A DNA stretch of 64,000 nt, from positions 5,954-69,953 of the forward strand of contig JBALVL010000012.1 in the NCBI GenBank assembly GCA_036961355.1. The letters are read 5' to 3'. How positions within the stretch are numbered: the stretch's first letter is position 1; every line of letters starts with the position of its first letter. The DNA is from Motiliproteus sp. (GTDB lineage Bacteria > Pseudomonadota > Gammaproteobacteria > Pseudomonadales > Balneatricaceae). The notes below the pieces were generated by a model. The model saw only the letters and a program-made list of their open reading frames with translations. It made no database searches and was not told the DNA's origin. Shown one piece after another: positions 38,917-47,311 of this stretch. The position numbers and the translations under genes are program-made.

Positions 38917-39471
38917 GATCGAGTCCCTGAGTGTTTTGGTCGTAGTGCCAAAGACGATGACACGCATTTTAGGCAATTTTGTTACGTTTGCAAAATTTTT
39001 GGTAGCGGTGTCATTGGTTGGTTTCTGTTCGCGTTTAGTTGCTGATTATAAACCGGTATTTGATTCCGTTTAGATCATTTTTTTGGCTATTTCGATGGTT
39101 TGTATTAATCATTAGTCTCGATTGTTAAGGCAAGTGGCCTGTCATAGCGGTGCGGGGGAAGCCTTTCGGTCGGTTGTGTTCGCCGCTTGGTTTTGGCCGG
39201 TCGTTTCGCATTCATGCCTTGAAAGGAGTGGGGTTAAATGCCCTAACAGTTGACGGTAGGGCTGCTCTGTTGATGTTAAGAGGGCGTTATTTATCGATGT
39301 TTGACAGCGCTAACATTTGTGTTATTGTTTTGTCGTAACTTTAGAAAACACTGTGTTTTTGGCGGTATTAATTGAATGGTAGCGCAATCAAGAAAACAAT
39401 CGGTGGCTGTTGGTTGAATACTCTCTCCCGTACGTTGGGGCGCATAACATATAACAATAAGGTGATAGAAG

Positions 39472-40512
39472 ATGACTACGAAGTTTCTTAACAAGGTCAA
39501 AGTTGGTTGCTGTGCGGTCGCACTCGCGTCGGGTGTGATGGCTGTTAATGCTCAAGCCGCCGCTCAATATGACTGGACCATCCAGACCTCAGCGCAAGCG
39601 GGCGATAATTTTTTCAAAATTGAAAAGGAGTGGGCTGAGCGTGTAAACGTGATGTCTGGCGGGCGAATCAATATCAATCTGGTCGCGGTTAACTCGGTGG
39701 TTCAGTACAACGAAACGCTGGAAGCGGTTGGTGCTGGAATCTTGCAAGGCCACCTGACAGATCCGTCTTACTTCAGTGGTAAGGATCCTGCCTTTGCCAT
39801 GTTGGGCAACCTGGTTGGTGCTTGGAGTCATCCGTCTCAGATGGTTAAGTTCATGGAGTACGGCGGCGGTAAAGAGGTTTACAACAAGTTAGTAAACCCA
39901 TACGGCTTGCAGTTTATCGGTGCAGCATCGACCGGTGTTGAGGCTTTTGTTGCCAAGAAACCGATCCGTACCATGGCCGATTTCAAAGGCGTTAAGATGC
40001 GCGCCCCCGAAGGAATGGTGCAGGAAGTGTTCGCCGCAGTTGGCGCAACACCGGTTAACCTGCCTGGCTCTGAAGTTTACACCTCGCTTGATAAGGGTGT
40101 GATCGACGCTGCTGACTACACCGTGTTTTCCACCAACCACGCCCAGGGTCTGCACAAGTTTGCCAAGTACCCGCTGTACCCGGGTTTCCACTCTATGCCG
40201 ACACTGTCTGTTTCTCTGAACAAAGGTATTTGGGATGGTCTGCCCAAGGATCTGCAGGAGATCATGAGTGTATCGGTACGTGACTTTAGCCGTGACATCG
40301 TTCAGCGGTTGGAGATGGAAGATAAGAAAGTTGTAGTTGAAGCGATGGCTGATCCAAGCATCGAAGTGATCAACTGGTCTGATACTGAACGTAACAAGTT
40401 CCGCGGTGTTGCTCAGAGCCAGTGGGCAAAGTGGGCCGAGCGTTCGCCAATGGCCGGTGAAGTATACGAAGCAGTATCTGCACACCTGGTTAGCCAAGGT
40501 CTGATCAACTAA
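39472..40512 (+). CDS. dctP: TRAP transporter substrate-binding protein (DctP family)
   Basis: Signal peptide ending NAQAAA, 346 aa, followed by small and large TRAP permease genes. Confidence 0.9.
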   Translation: MTTKFLNKVKVGCCAVALASGVMAVNAQAAAQYDWTIQTSAQAGDNFFKIEKEWAERVNVMSGGRININLVAVNSVVQYNETLEAVGAGILQGHLTDPSYFSGKDPAFAMLGNLVGAWSHPSQMVKFMEYGGGKEVYNKLVNPYGLQFIGAASTGVEAFVAKKPIRTMADFKGVKMRAPEGMVQEVFAAVGATPVNLPGSEVYTSLDKGVIDAADYTVFSTNHAQGLHKFAKYPLYPGFHSMPTLSVSLNKGIWDGLPKDLQEIMSVSVRDFSRDIVQRLEMEDKKVVVEAMADPSIEVINWSDTERNKFRGVAQSQWAKWAERSPMAGEVYEAVSAHLVSQGLIN

Positions 40513-40530
40513 TACTGTTGCTCTTACTAT

Positions 40531-40558
40531 CCCCGGCGCGCCTGCGCCGGGGTTTCTT
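40531..40558 (+). terminator. Intra-operon hairpin/attenuator after the SBP gene
   Basis: CCCCGGCGC-gcct-GCGCCGGGG followed by TTTCTT. Placement after the binding-protein gene is typical for setting SBP:permease stoichiometry. Confidence 0.55.
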
Positions 40559-40582
40559 CCTAATAAAAAGAGGTAGCCTGCT

Positions 40583-41230
40583 ATGCAGGAACAGCCTACG
40601 TCCGGTAAGTCCGCGTCTGCATCTTTGCTAACTGATCCATCTGTTGAGGGTTCACACGCGATCACGCTGGATAATCCTGATTACGATCATCTTGAAGATG
40701 TGGTTTTTAGTAACTGCCTAGATCGCTGGGTCGACAAGCTCGGCAATGTGGTCGCGTTGGCCTTTATGGTCAGTGTTGTCATCAGTTTTTATGAGATCGT
40801 CAGTCGTTATCTGTTTGATGCACCGACCATGTGGGTGCATGAAACGGTCATCATGATCTGCGCGCTCTGTATGGCCTATGGCGGCTCTTACTGTCTGGCT
40901 CGCGACAGTCATATCCGTATCAGAATTCTTTATGATTTTTGCGGCGCGCGCGGTAAGCGTGTGCTCGACATCTTTAACGGTGTCGTTTCGTTGTTTTACT
41001 GCGTCCTTATCGCTTATGCCGCCTCTATCATGGCCGAGAAGTCGCTGTTTACGCCGCTGGGTGATTTTCGGATGGAAACAACAGGTTCGGCCTGGGATCC
41101 GATCTACCCCGCGTTAATTAAGGGCGGTCTATTCCTTATTTTGGTGTTGATGGGCATCCAGTGCCTGTTACATCTTTTAAAAGCCATCTTCGGCAAGAGC
41201 CGGCAAGAGAGCGGTGTAAACGATGTTTGA
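40583..41230 (+). CDS. dctQ: TRAP transporter small permease (DctQ)
   Basis: 215 aa, four TM helices, positioned between dctP and dctM. Confidence 0.85.
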   Translation: MQEQPTSGKSASASLLTDPSVEGSHAITLDNPDYDHLEDVVFSNCLDRWVDKLGNVVALAFMVSVVISFYEIVSRYLFDAPTMWVHETVIMICALCMAYGGSYCLARDSHIRIRILYDFCGARGKRVLDIFNGVVSLFYCVLIAYAASIMAEKSLFTPLGDFRMETTGSAWDPIYPALIKGGLFLILVLMGIQCLLHLLKAIFGKSRQESGVNDV

Positions 41231-42554
41231 ATTATCCTCTATCGGTATCGAGATGGCGTCCTATCTGATGATAGGTAGCATCCTTGCTTTGCTAGTGACC
41301 GGCCTGCCTCTGGCATTTATTACCGGCCTGGTCGCCCTGGTGTTTGCACTGGGGTGGTTTGGTCCGATGTCTATCCCGTTGGTGACGACCCGGATCTACA
41401 GTTTTATCAATGAATATGTGCTGATCGCGATCCCGATGTTTGTACTGATGGCCTCGATACTCGACCGGTCAGGGATCGCCCGGGATCTGTACAACACGAT
41501 GCGGGTGTTTGCTGGCCAGCTACGCGGCGGCGTGGCCGTGCAGACACTGGTTGTGGCTATTTTTCTGGCAGCGATGTCCGGCATCATCGGCGGTGAAATT
41601 GTGTTGTTGGGCCTGCTGGCGTTACCGCAGATGCTGCGACTCGGTTATGACCAGCGGTTATCGATCGGCACCGTCTGCGCCGGTGGCTCACTCGGTACTA
41701 TGGTGCCACCGAGCATTGTATTGATCATCTATGGTTTGACCGCCAACGTTTCGATCAGCGAGCTGTTTGTTGCCACTATCTTCCCGGCGATGCTGCTGGG
41801 ATCGCTCTACATCGCTTATATCCTGATCCGCTGTTATATCAACCCCAGCATGGGGCCAGCAGCACCCAAAGAGGAGCTGGATATCAGCTGGGCTGTGAAG
41901 GCCAAGATGATCAAGGGTGTGATCTTGCCGGTGCTGGTTGCCATCTGGGTACTGGGCAGTATCTACGCCGGTATCGCCTCGGTTACCGAAGCGGCCTGTA
42001 TGGGTGTGGTTGGTGTGGTGTTATCGACCTGGATCCGTAAAGAACTGACCTGGACGATGATCCGCGACAGTCTGCGGCAGACGCTGAATACCTGCGGCAT
42101 GATCATCTGGATCGGTATCGGTGCCAGCGCGCTGGTGGGTGTTTACAACCTGATGGGAGGCAACCGTTTCATCGAGTCGGTGATTCTGGGGCTGGATGTG
42201 GCGCCGATCGTGGTGATTTTGATCATGATGGCGATCCTGCTGGTTCTCGGTCTGTTTATGGACTGGATCGGTATCGCACTGCTGACCATGCCGATCTTCG
42301 TCCCCATCATCATCTCGCTCGGGTACAACCCGATCTGGTTCGGCATCCTGTTCTCGATGAACATGCAGGTGTCCTATATCAGTCCACCGTTTGGTCCCGC
42401 GGCGTTCTATCTCAAAAGTGTGGCGCCGCCCTCGATCACCCTAAAAGAGATCTTCTTGTCGATGTGGCCGTTCATCATCCTGCAGCTGATCGCGCTGTCG
42501 CTGGTGTTGACCTTCCCGGGTATCGCCCTGTGGCTGCCCGGCATCGAATACTGA
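41223..42554 (+). CDS. dctM: TRAP transporter large permease (DctM)
   Basis: 443 aa polytopic protein; overlaps the dctQ stop. Confidence 0.9.
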   Translation: MFELSSIGIEMASYLMIGSILALLVTGLPLAFITGLVALVFALGWFGPMSIPLVTTRIYSFINEYVLIAIPMFVLMASILDRSGIARDLYNTMRVFAGQLRGGVAVQTLVVAIFLAAMSGIIGGEIVLLGLLALPQMLRLGYDQRLSIGTVCAGGSLGTMVPPSIVLIIYGLTANVSISELFVATIFPAMLLGSLYIAYILIRCYINPSMGPAAPKEELDISWAVKAKMIKGVILPVLVAIWVLGSIYAGIASVTEAACMGVVGVVLSTWIRKELTWTMIRDSLRQTLNTCGMIIWIGIGASALVGVYNLMGGNRFIESVILGLDVAPIVVILIMMAILLVLGLFMDWIGIALLTMPIFVPIIISLGYNPIWFGILFSMNMQVSYISPPFGPAAFYLKSVAPPSITLKEIFLSMWPFIILQLIALSLVLTFPGIALWLPGIEY

Positions 42555-42715
42555 TTTTTTGGTAGAGAGGGGGATTGGATAGTCGTTGAGTCGGCTGTTC
42601 AATCCTGCCGCCGAATCGATTACCAACTCCATTAATTAATCCAACTGCGCCATGACGTGAGCGCGGTTGTTATGGCCCGTGTGATACAGAGCCTACAGGG
42701 ATAAGGAAGACAGTT

Positions 42716-43624
42716 ATGAATACTCTCGAGACGCAAACCGACCGTGTTGCGGTGATCGGCCTGGGCTCCATGGGCATGGGTGTTGCCCAGTCGCTGGTTC
42801 GCGCGGGTATCGCAACCCGTGGTAGCGACCTCAATCAGGCCGCCTTGCAGAGCTTTACCGACGTGGGCGGCTATGCGGCTACGGGTCTTGCCGATGCGGT
42901 GGTCGGTTGTAATATTGTGATCCTGATGCTGGTTAACTCAGACCAGTGCGATAGCGTGTTGTTTGGCGACGGCGGTATCGCCGGTGAGATGGCCGAGGGT
43001 GCGGTGGTTGTGCTGGGTAGTACCACCTCGGCCAGTTACGCCAAACAGCTCGACCAAAAGCTGCAGGCGCTGGGTTTGAGTTTGATCGATGCCCCGGTTA
43101 GCGGTGGTGCGGTCAAAGCGATGAGCGGCGACTTGTCGATCATGGCCTCCGGTGCGCCGCAGGCGTTTGATTGCTGTGCTGCCGTGTTTGATGCCATCTC
43201 AGCCAAACTCTACCGGGTGGGTGAAGATGTCGGTGGCGGAGCCACGGTTAAGATGATCAACCAGTTGCTGGCCGGTGTACATATCGCCGCTGCCGCCGAA
43301 GCGATGGCACTGGGGATCAGAGCTAATCTGGACCCCGAAATGGTTTATGAAATCATCAGCAACAGCGCCGGCGCATCCTGGATGTTCCAGAACCGGGTGC
43401 CGCATATCCTTGAAGGGGATTATACGCCTAAGAGTACGGTTGATATTTTTGTTAAGGATCTGGGTATCGTCACCGATGCCGGTCAGGAGTTGAAATTCCC
43501 GTTACCGGTTGCCGCCAGTGCGCTGCAGCAGTTCTTGTCTGCCAGCGCTGCCGGTTACGGCAAAGAGGACGATGCGGCGGTGATCAAGGTCTATCCGGGC
43601 ATCGACCTGCCCAAGCAAGCATAA
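42716..43624 (+). CDS. ltnD: Beta-hydroxyacid dehydrogenase, L-threonate dehydrogenase-like (YgbJ/LtnD)
   Basis: VAVIGLGSMGMGVA Rossmann motif, 3-hydroxyisobutyrate-DH family length. Same first position as E. coli ygbJ in a ygbJKLM-type gene order. Confidence 0.7.
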   Translation: MNTLETQTDRVAVIGLGSMGMGVAQSLVRAGIATRGSDLNQAALQSFTDVGGYAATGLADAVVGCNIVILMLVNSDQCDSVLFGDGGIAGEMAEGAVVVLGSTTSASYAKQLDQKLQALGLSLIDAPVSGGAVKAMSGDLSIMASGAPQAFDCCAAVFDAISAKLYRVGEDVGGGATVKMINQLLAGVHIAAAAEAMALGIRANLDPEMVYEIISNSAGASWMFQNRVPHILEGDYTPKSTVDIFVKDLGIVTDAGQELKFPLPVAASALQQFLSASAAGYGKEDDAAVIKVYPGIDLPKQA

Positions 43625-43634
43625 GGAGCGGGTT

Positions 43635-44900
43635 ATGTCTGTACTGTTAGGCTGTATTGCCGACGATTTTACCGGTGCCACCGACCTGGCCAGTTTTCTG
43701 GTCGCCTCGGGGATGCGTACCGTCCAGTTGATGGGGGCTCCCACCGAGCCGGTTGATCTGAGCGAAGCCGATGCGGTGGTGATTGCGCTTAAATCACGTA
43801 CCCAGGCCACTCAGACTGCCGTGGCCGATTCGCTGCAGGCGCTGTCGTGGCTACAGCAGCATGATTGCCAGCAGTATTATTTCAAGTATTGCTCGACCTT
43901 CGATTCAACCGCGCAGGGCAATATCGGACCGGTGGCCGATGCGCTGTTAGCCGCGCTGGGTGAAACCTTTACCATCGCCTGTCCGTCGCTGCCGGTGAAC
44001 GGCCGGACGGTCTATAACGGTTACCTGTTTGTTAACGGCGTGTTGCTCAATGAGAGTGGCATGGAACATCATCCGCTGACGCCGATGCGCGACGCCAATC
44101 TGGTCCGGGTGCTGGGCGCGCAGACCGACGCCAAGGTCGGGCTGGTCGATCATACGGTGCTTGCCCAAGGGGTGGAATCCACCCGGCAGCAGTTGACTCA
44201 GTTAGCACAAGAGCACCGTTATGCCATCGTTGATACGCTGGACCGTGATGATCTGGTCACCATCGGTCACGCCTGTAGTGAGCTGAAATTGCTCACCGGC
44301 GGCTCCGGTCTGGCGATCGGTTTGGCCGATAATTTCGAAGCCAAGGGGCTGTTTAGCAAAAGCCTGAATTCGGCGCAGCTCAGTCCGGTTGCTGGTGATG
44401 CCGTGGTGTTGTCCGGCAGCTGCTCCAAGGCGACCCGCGAGCAGGTAGCGGTATTCCAGGCCGATCATCCCTCATTAAAGATCGATCCGTTGTTGCTGCA
44501 TAACGGCCTGCAGAGCGCCGAGCAGGTCGAACGCTGGTTTATTGAACACCGCGATCAGGGCCCTGTGTTGATCTATGCCACCGACCACCCCGATGCGATC
44601 AAACGCAGTCAGGCCGATCTGGGGGTAGAGGCCGCCGGTGAGTTGGTCGAGCAGCTAATGGCCGATGTGGTAAAGCGTCTGGATACGCTGGGTGTGACAA
44701 AATTTATCGTAGCGGGCGGCGAAACCTCGGGATCGGTGGTGCAGGCACTGTCGGTTTCTGCGCTTAAGATCGGACCCAGTATCGCTGCTGGCGTGCCGCT
44801 GACCCAGACCTTGGGTAGCGCACCAAAATTGCTGGCGTTGAAATCGGGCAACTTTGGTGACAAAGATTTCTTCGCTAAAGCGTTGGAGATGATGCCATGA
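43635..44900 (+). CDS. otnK: Four-carbon acid-sugar kinase (3-oxo-tetronate kinase, YgbK/OtnK family)
   Basis: N-terminal LGCIADDFTGATDLA motif of the DUF1537/four-carbon acid sugar kinase family; 421 aa. Confidence 0.8.
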   Translation: MSVLLGCIADDFTGATDLASFLVASGMRTVQLMGAPTEPVDLSEADAVVIALKSRTQATQTAVADSLQALSWLQQHDCQQYYFKYCSTFDSTAQGNIGPVADALLAALGETFTIACPSLPVNGRTVYNGYLFVNGVLLNESGMEHHPLTPMRDANLVRVLGAQTDAKVGLVDHTVLAQGVESTRQQLTQLAQEHRYAIVDTLDRDDLVTIGHACSELKLLTGGSGLAIGLADNFEAKGLFSKSLNSAQLSPVAGDAVVLSGSCSKATREQVAVFQADHPSLKIDPLLLHNGLQSAEQVERWFIEHRDQGPVLIYATDHPDAIKRSQADLGVEAAGELVEQLMADVVKRLDTLGVTKFIVAGGETSGSVVQALSVSALKIGPSIAAGVPLTQTLGSAPKLLALKSGNFGDKDFFAKALEMMP

Positions 44901-45580
44901 GTGCCCGTCAGGTAGCGGTTGATGAAGATCGATTGCGTGAACGGATCGCCTATCATGGGCGCTCGATTTTCGAGCGAGGTCTGACCGCCGGCAGTTCGGG
45001 CAATATCAGCGTTCGTCTCGACGATGGTTGGCTGATGACCCCGACCAACTGCTGTCTGGGTAATCTCGATCCGGCCGATATCTCCCGCCTCGACGCGCAG
45101 GGTGTGCTGTTGTCGGGTAAAGCGCCGTCCAAAGAGTTTTTTCTGCACCAGGCCTTTTTGAGTAAACGCCCTCAAGACGGTGCGGTGGTGCATCTACATT
45201 CGACCTACGCCACCGCAGTTTCCTGCCTGCCCGATATCGATCCGATGGACGTTTTGCCGCCGCTAACGCCGTATTCGATCATGCGTTTCGGCAAGGTTGC
45301 GTTGAATCCATACCACCGCCCGGGTGATAAAAAATTGGGCGATGAGATCTTAAAAGTGGCCGCCGATTACAGTGCGGTGTTGCTGTCCAACCATGGCCCG
45401 ATTGTCGCGGCCAAGGATTTGGACGCGGCGGTCTATGCCGCCGAAGAGCTGGAAGAAACCGCCAAACTGTTTATGTTGCTGCAAGGCCAGCGGCCGCGTT
45501 TGCTTAATGCTGAGCAGGTAGCCGAGTTGAACCAGACGTTCGTTAACAAGGGGGCCGATGATGCCAAATCTTGCTGCTAA
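44897..45580 (+). CDS. otnC: Class II aldolase/adducin-family decarboxylase (3-oxo-tetronate 4-phosphate decarboxylase, YgbL/OtnC)
   Basis: GSSGNISVRL and VVHLHS metal-binding motifs; overlaps the otnK stop. Confidence 0.8.
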   Translation: MSARQVAVDEDRLRERIAYHGRSIFERGLTAGSSGNISVRLDDGWLMTPTNCCLGNLDPADISRLDAQGVLLSGKAPSKEFFLHQAFLSKRPQDGAVVHLHSTYATAVSCLPDIDPMDVLPPLTPYSIMRFGKVALNPYHRPGDKKLGDEILKVAADYSAVLLSNHGPIVAAKDLDAAVYAAEELEETAKLFMLLQGQRPRLLNAEQVAELNQTFVNKGADDAKSCC

Positions 45581-46343
45581 TTTATCGATGCTGTTTACCG
45601 AGCTGCCATTCCTGGAGCGGTTTGAGGCCGCCTCTAAGGCTGGCTTTAGCGCGGTCGAGTATCTGTTCCCGTACGACTATGATCCCGAGCTATTGCAGCA
45701 GCTGTTGGCGCGACACAACCTGACCCAGGCGTTGTTTAACGCGCCTCCTGGCGACTGGGATGCCGGCGAGCGCGGCATCGCCTGTCTGCCGGGCCGCGAA
45801 GCCGAGTTTGAGCAAGGTATCGACCGTGCGCTGGCCTATGCGGCGGTGCTGGGTAACCAGCGTATCCACATCATGGCGGGATTGCTGCCGGTAACCTTGA
45901 GCGCAGATGAGGCGAATATTTGTTATGTGCGTAACCTGCGTTACGCCGCGCACAAGGCGCAAGAGGTCGGTATCACACTGCTGGTTGAGCCGATCAACAA
46001 CGTCGATATGCCGGGTTACTTTGTAAATTATCAGGAACAGGGCGTCGCCCTGATCGGCTTGATCGATGAACCCAATGTCCGGCTGCAGTTTGACTGCTAT
46101 CACTGTCAGATGATGCAGGGTGACGTTGTCGCTACCTTTAATAAACTGTTGCCCTATATCGGCCATGTTCAGATCGCCGGTGTACCGGGACGGCATGAGC
46201 CCGATGTGGGCGAACTCAATTACCGTTATATCTTTGATGCGTTCGAGGCGGCCGGGTATCACGGTTACGTCGGTTGCGAATACAAACCCAAAGCGTCGAC
46301 CGTTGACGGACTGGCTTGGCTTGACCGACTTGCGCTGCGATAG
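45558..46343 (+). CDS. otnI: Hydroxypyruvate-isomerase-family TIM-barrel (2-oxo-tetronate isomerase, YgbM/OtnI)
   Basis: AANLSMLFTELPFLERF N-terminus and VQIAGVPGRHEP; 261 aa. Confidence 0.8.
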   Translation: MMPNLAANLSMLFTELPFLERFEAASKAGFSAVEYLFPYDYDPELLQQLLARHNLTQALFNAPPGDWDAGERGIACLPGREAEFEQGIDRALAYAAVLGNQRIHIMAGLLPVTLSADEANICYVRNLRYAAHKAQEVGITLLVEPINNVDMPGYFVNYQEQGVALIGLIDEPNVRLQFDCYHCQMMQGDVVATFNKLLPYIGHVQIAGVPGRHEPDVGELNYRYIFDAFEAAGYHGYVGCEYKPKASTVDGLAWLDRLALR

Positions 46344-46361
46344 GCCGGATCGGGGCTGACG

Positions 46362-46883
46362 ATGTTAAACACACCCTTTTCCATCCTGGTGATGGGCGTC
46401 TCCGGCTCGGGCAAGTCCCATGTCGGTCGCCTGCTTGCCGAGCGCTGCCAGGCGAAATTTATCGATGCCGACGATTATCACAGTGCTGCCAATGTCGCTA
46501 AGATGGCGCGTCTTGAGCCGTTGGACGATGCCGACCGGGCCGATTGGCTGGCAACACTGGCCGAGCTGTATCGTCAGTCGCGTGCCGACGGTGAGCCGCT
46601 GGTGATCGGCTGTTCGGCGTTGAAAGCTAGCTACCGCGGGCTGTTGCGCGGTGGTGCGCCGGACCTGCGTATTGTCTACCTTGACGGCGACTACGAGCTG
46701 TTGAGCCAACGTCTGGCCAGTCGCCAGAGCCATTTCTTTGGCGGCGACTCAATGCTACGCAGCCAGCTTGAAACACTGGAACCGCCGCCGCAAAACGAAG
46801 CGATATGGTTGAGTATCAGCCAACCTCCCTTGCAGATAGTCGAGCAGGCCGTTACGGCTCTGACCGCCTCTTTTAATAGCTAA
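46362..46883 (+). CDS. gntK: Gluconokinase-family (GntK/IdnK-type) sugar-acid kinase
   Basis: ILVMGVSGSGKSHVG P-loop, FIDADDYHSAANVAKM, CSALKASYR; 173 aa. Confidence 0.85.
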   Translation: MLNTPFSILVMGVSGSGKSHVGRLLAERCQAKFIDADDYHSAANVAKMARLEPLDDADRADWLATLAELYRQSRADGEPLVIGCSALKASYRGLLRGGAPDLRIVYLDGDYELLSQRLASRQSHFFGGDSMLRSQLETLEPPPQNEAIWLSISQPPLQIVEQAVTALTASFNS

Positions 46884-47050
46884 TCGCATCGCTAATCTAA
46901 TAGGACGTTGAGCTGGCTAGGTGCCATCTAGTCGATCCGTTTCAATACACAACCAGCTGTTCTTTAACGGTAACTAAGGCAGTCTGACGCACCACGCTAG
47001 ATTTTTTTTGCTGGATTTTTGGCGTGACCGCCTCACGGGTGTACAGCGGG

Positions 47051-47146
47051 ATTGGACGGCAGACGCCCGAGAGTTGAACAGAAAAGATTATGGATTGAGG
47101 TTGTCGATGTTAAGCCTGGAAAGAGATGGCTCCTCGAGCAGGACTC
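47051..47146. repeat. Direct repeat copy A (96 bp, identical to 58401-58496); its last 20 nt are a copy of the tRNA-Asn 3' end
   Basis: Base-by-base comparison: attggacggcagacgcccgagagttgaacagaaaagattatggattgaggttgtcgatgttaagcctggaaagagatggctcctcgagcaggactc is present at both sites, with mismatches immediately outside. Confidence 0.9.
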
Positions 47147-47311
47147 AAGTCGTATCACCAGTTACTTAACTGAGTTTTAGTCTGAAAGTGGAGGTGCGGT
47201 AGCCCGTATAAGTGCTTTCATGACTGGATCTCTCATGACTTCCCCGTACGACGCATCAGCGCAAACAACCTATGAGGCGTGCAGCAGAGCGCCGAATCTG
47301 GCGCCATGAAT

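Noticed and set aside
39889-40665. 258-aa minus-strand ORF.
   Set aside because: It is antisense to the TRAP SBP gene, which has a clear signal peptide and operon context. There is no motif and no RBS.
47127-47146. Sequence identical to the 3' end of tRNA-Asn; considered as a third tRNA gene.
   Set aside because: Only the terminal 20 nt (T-loop to CCA) are present and the preceding 56 nt of the tRNA are absent. It is an att-like fragment, not a gene.
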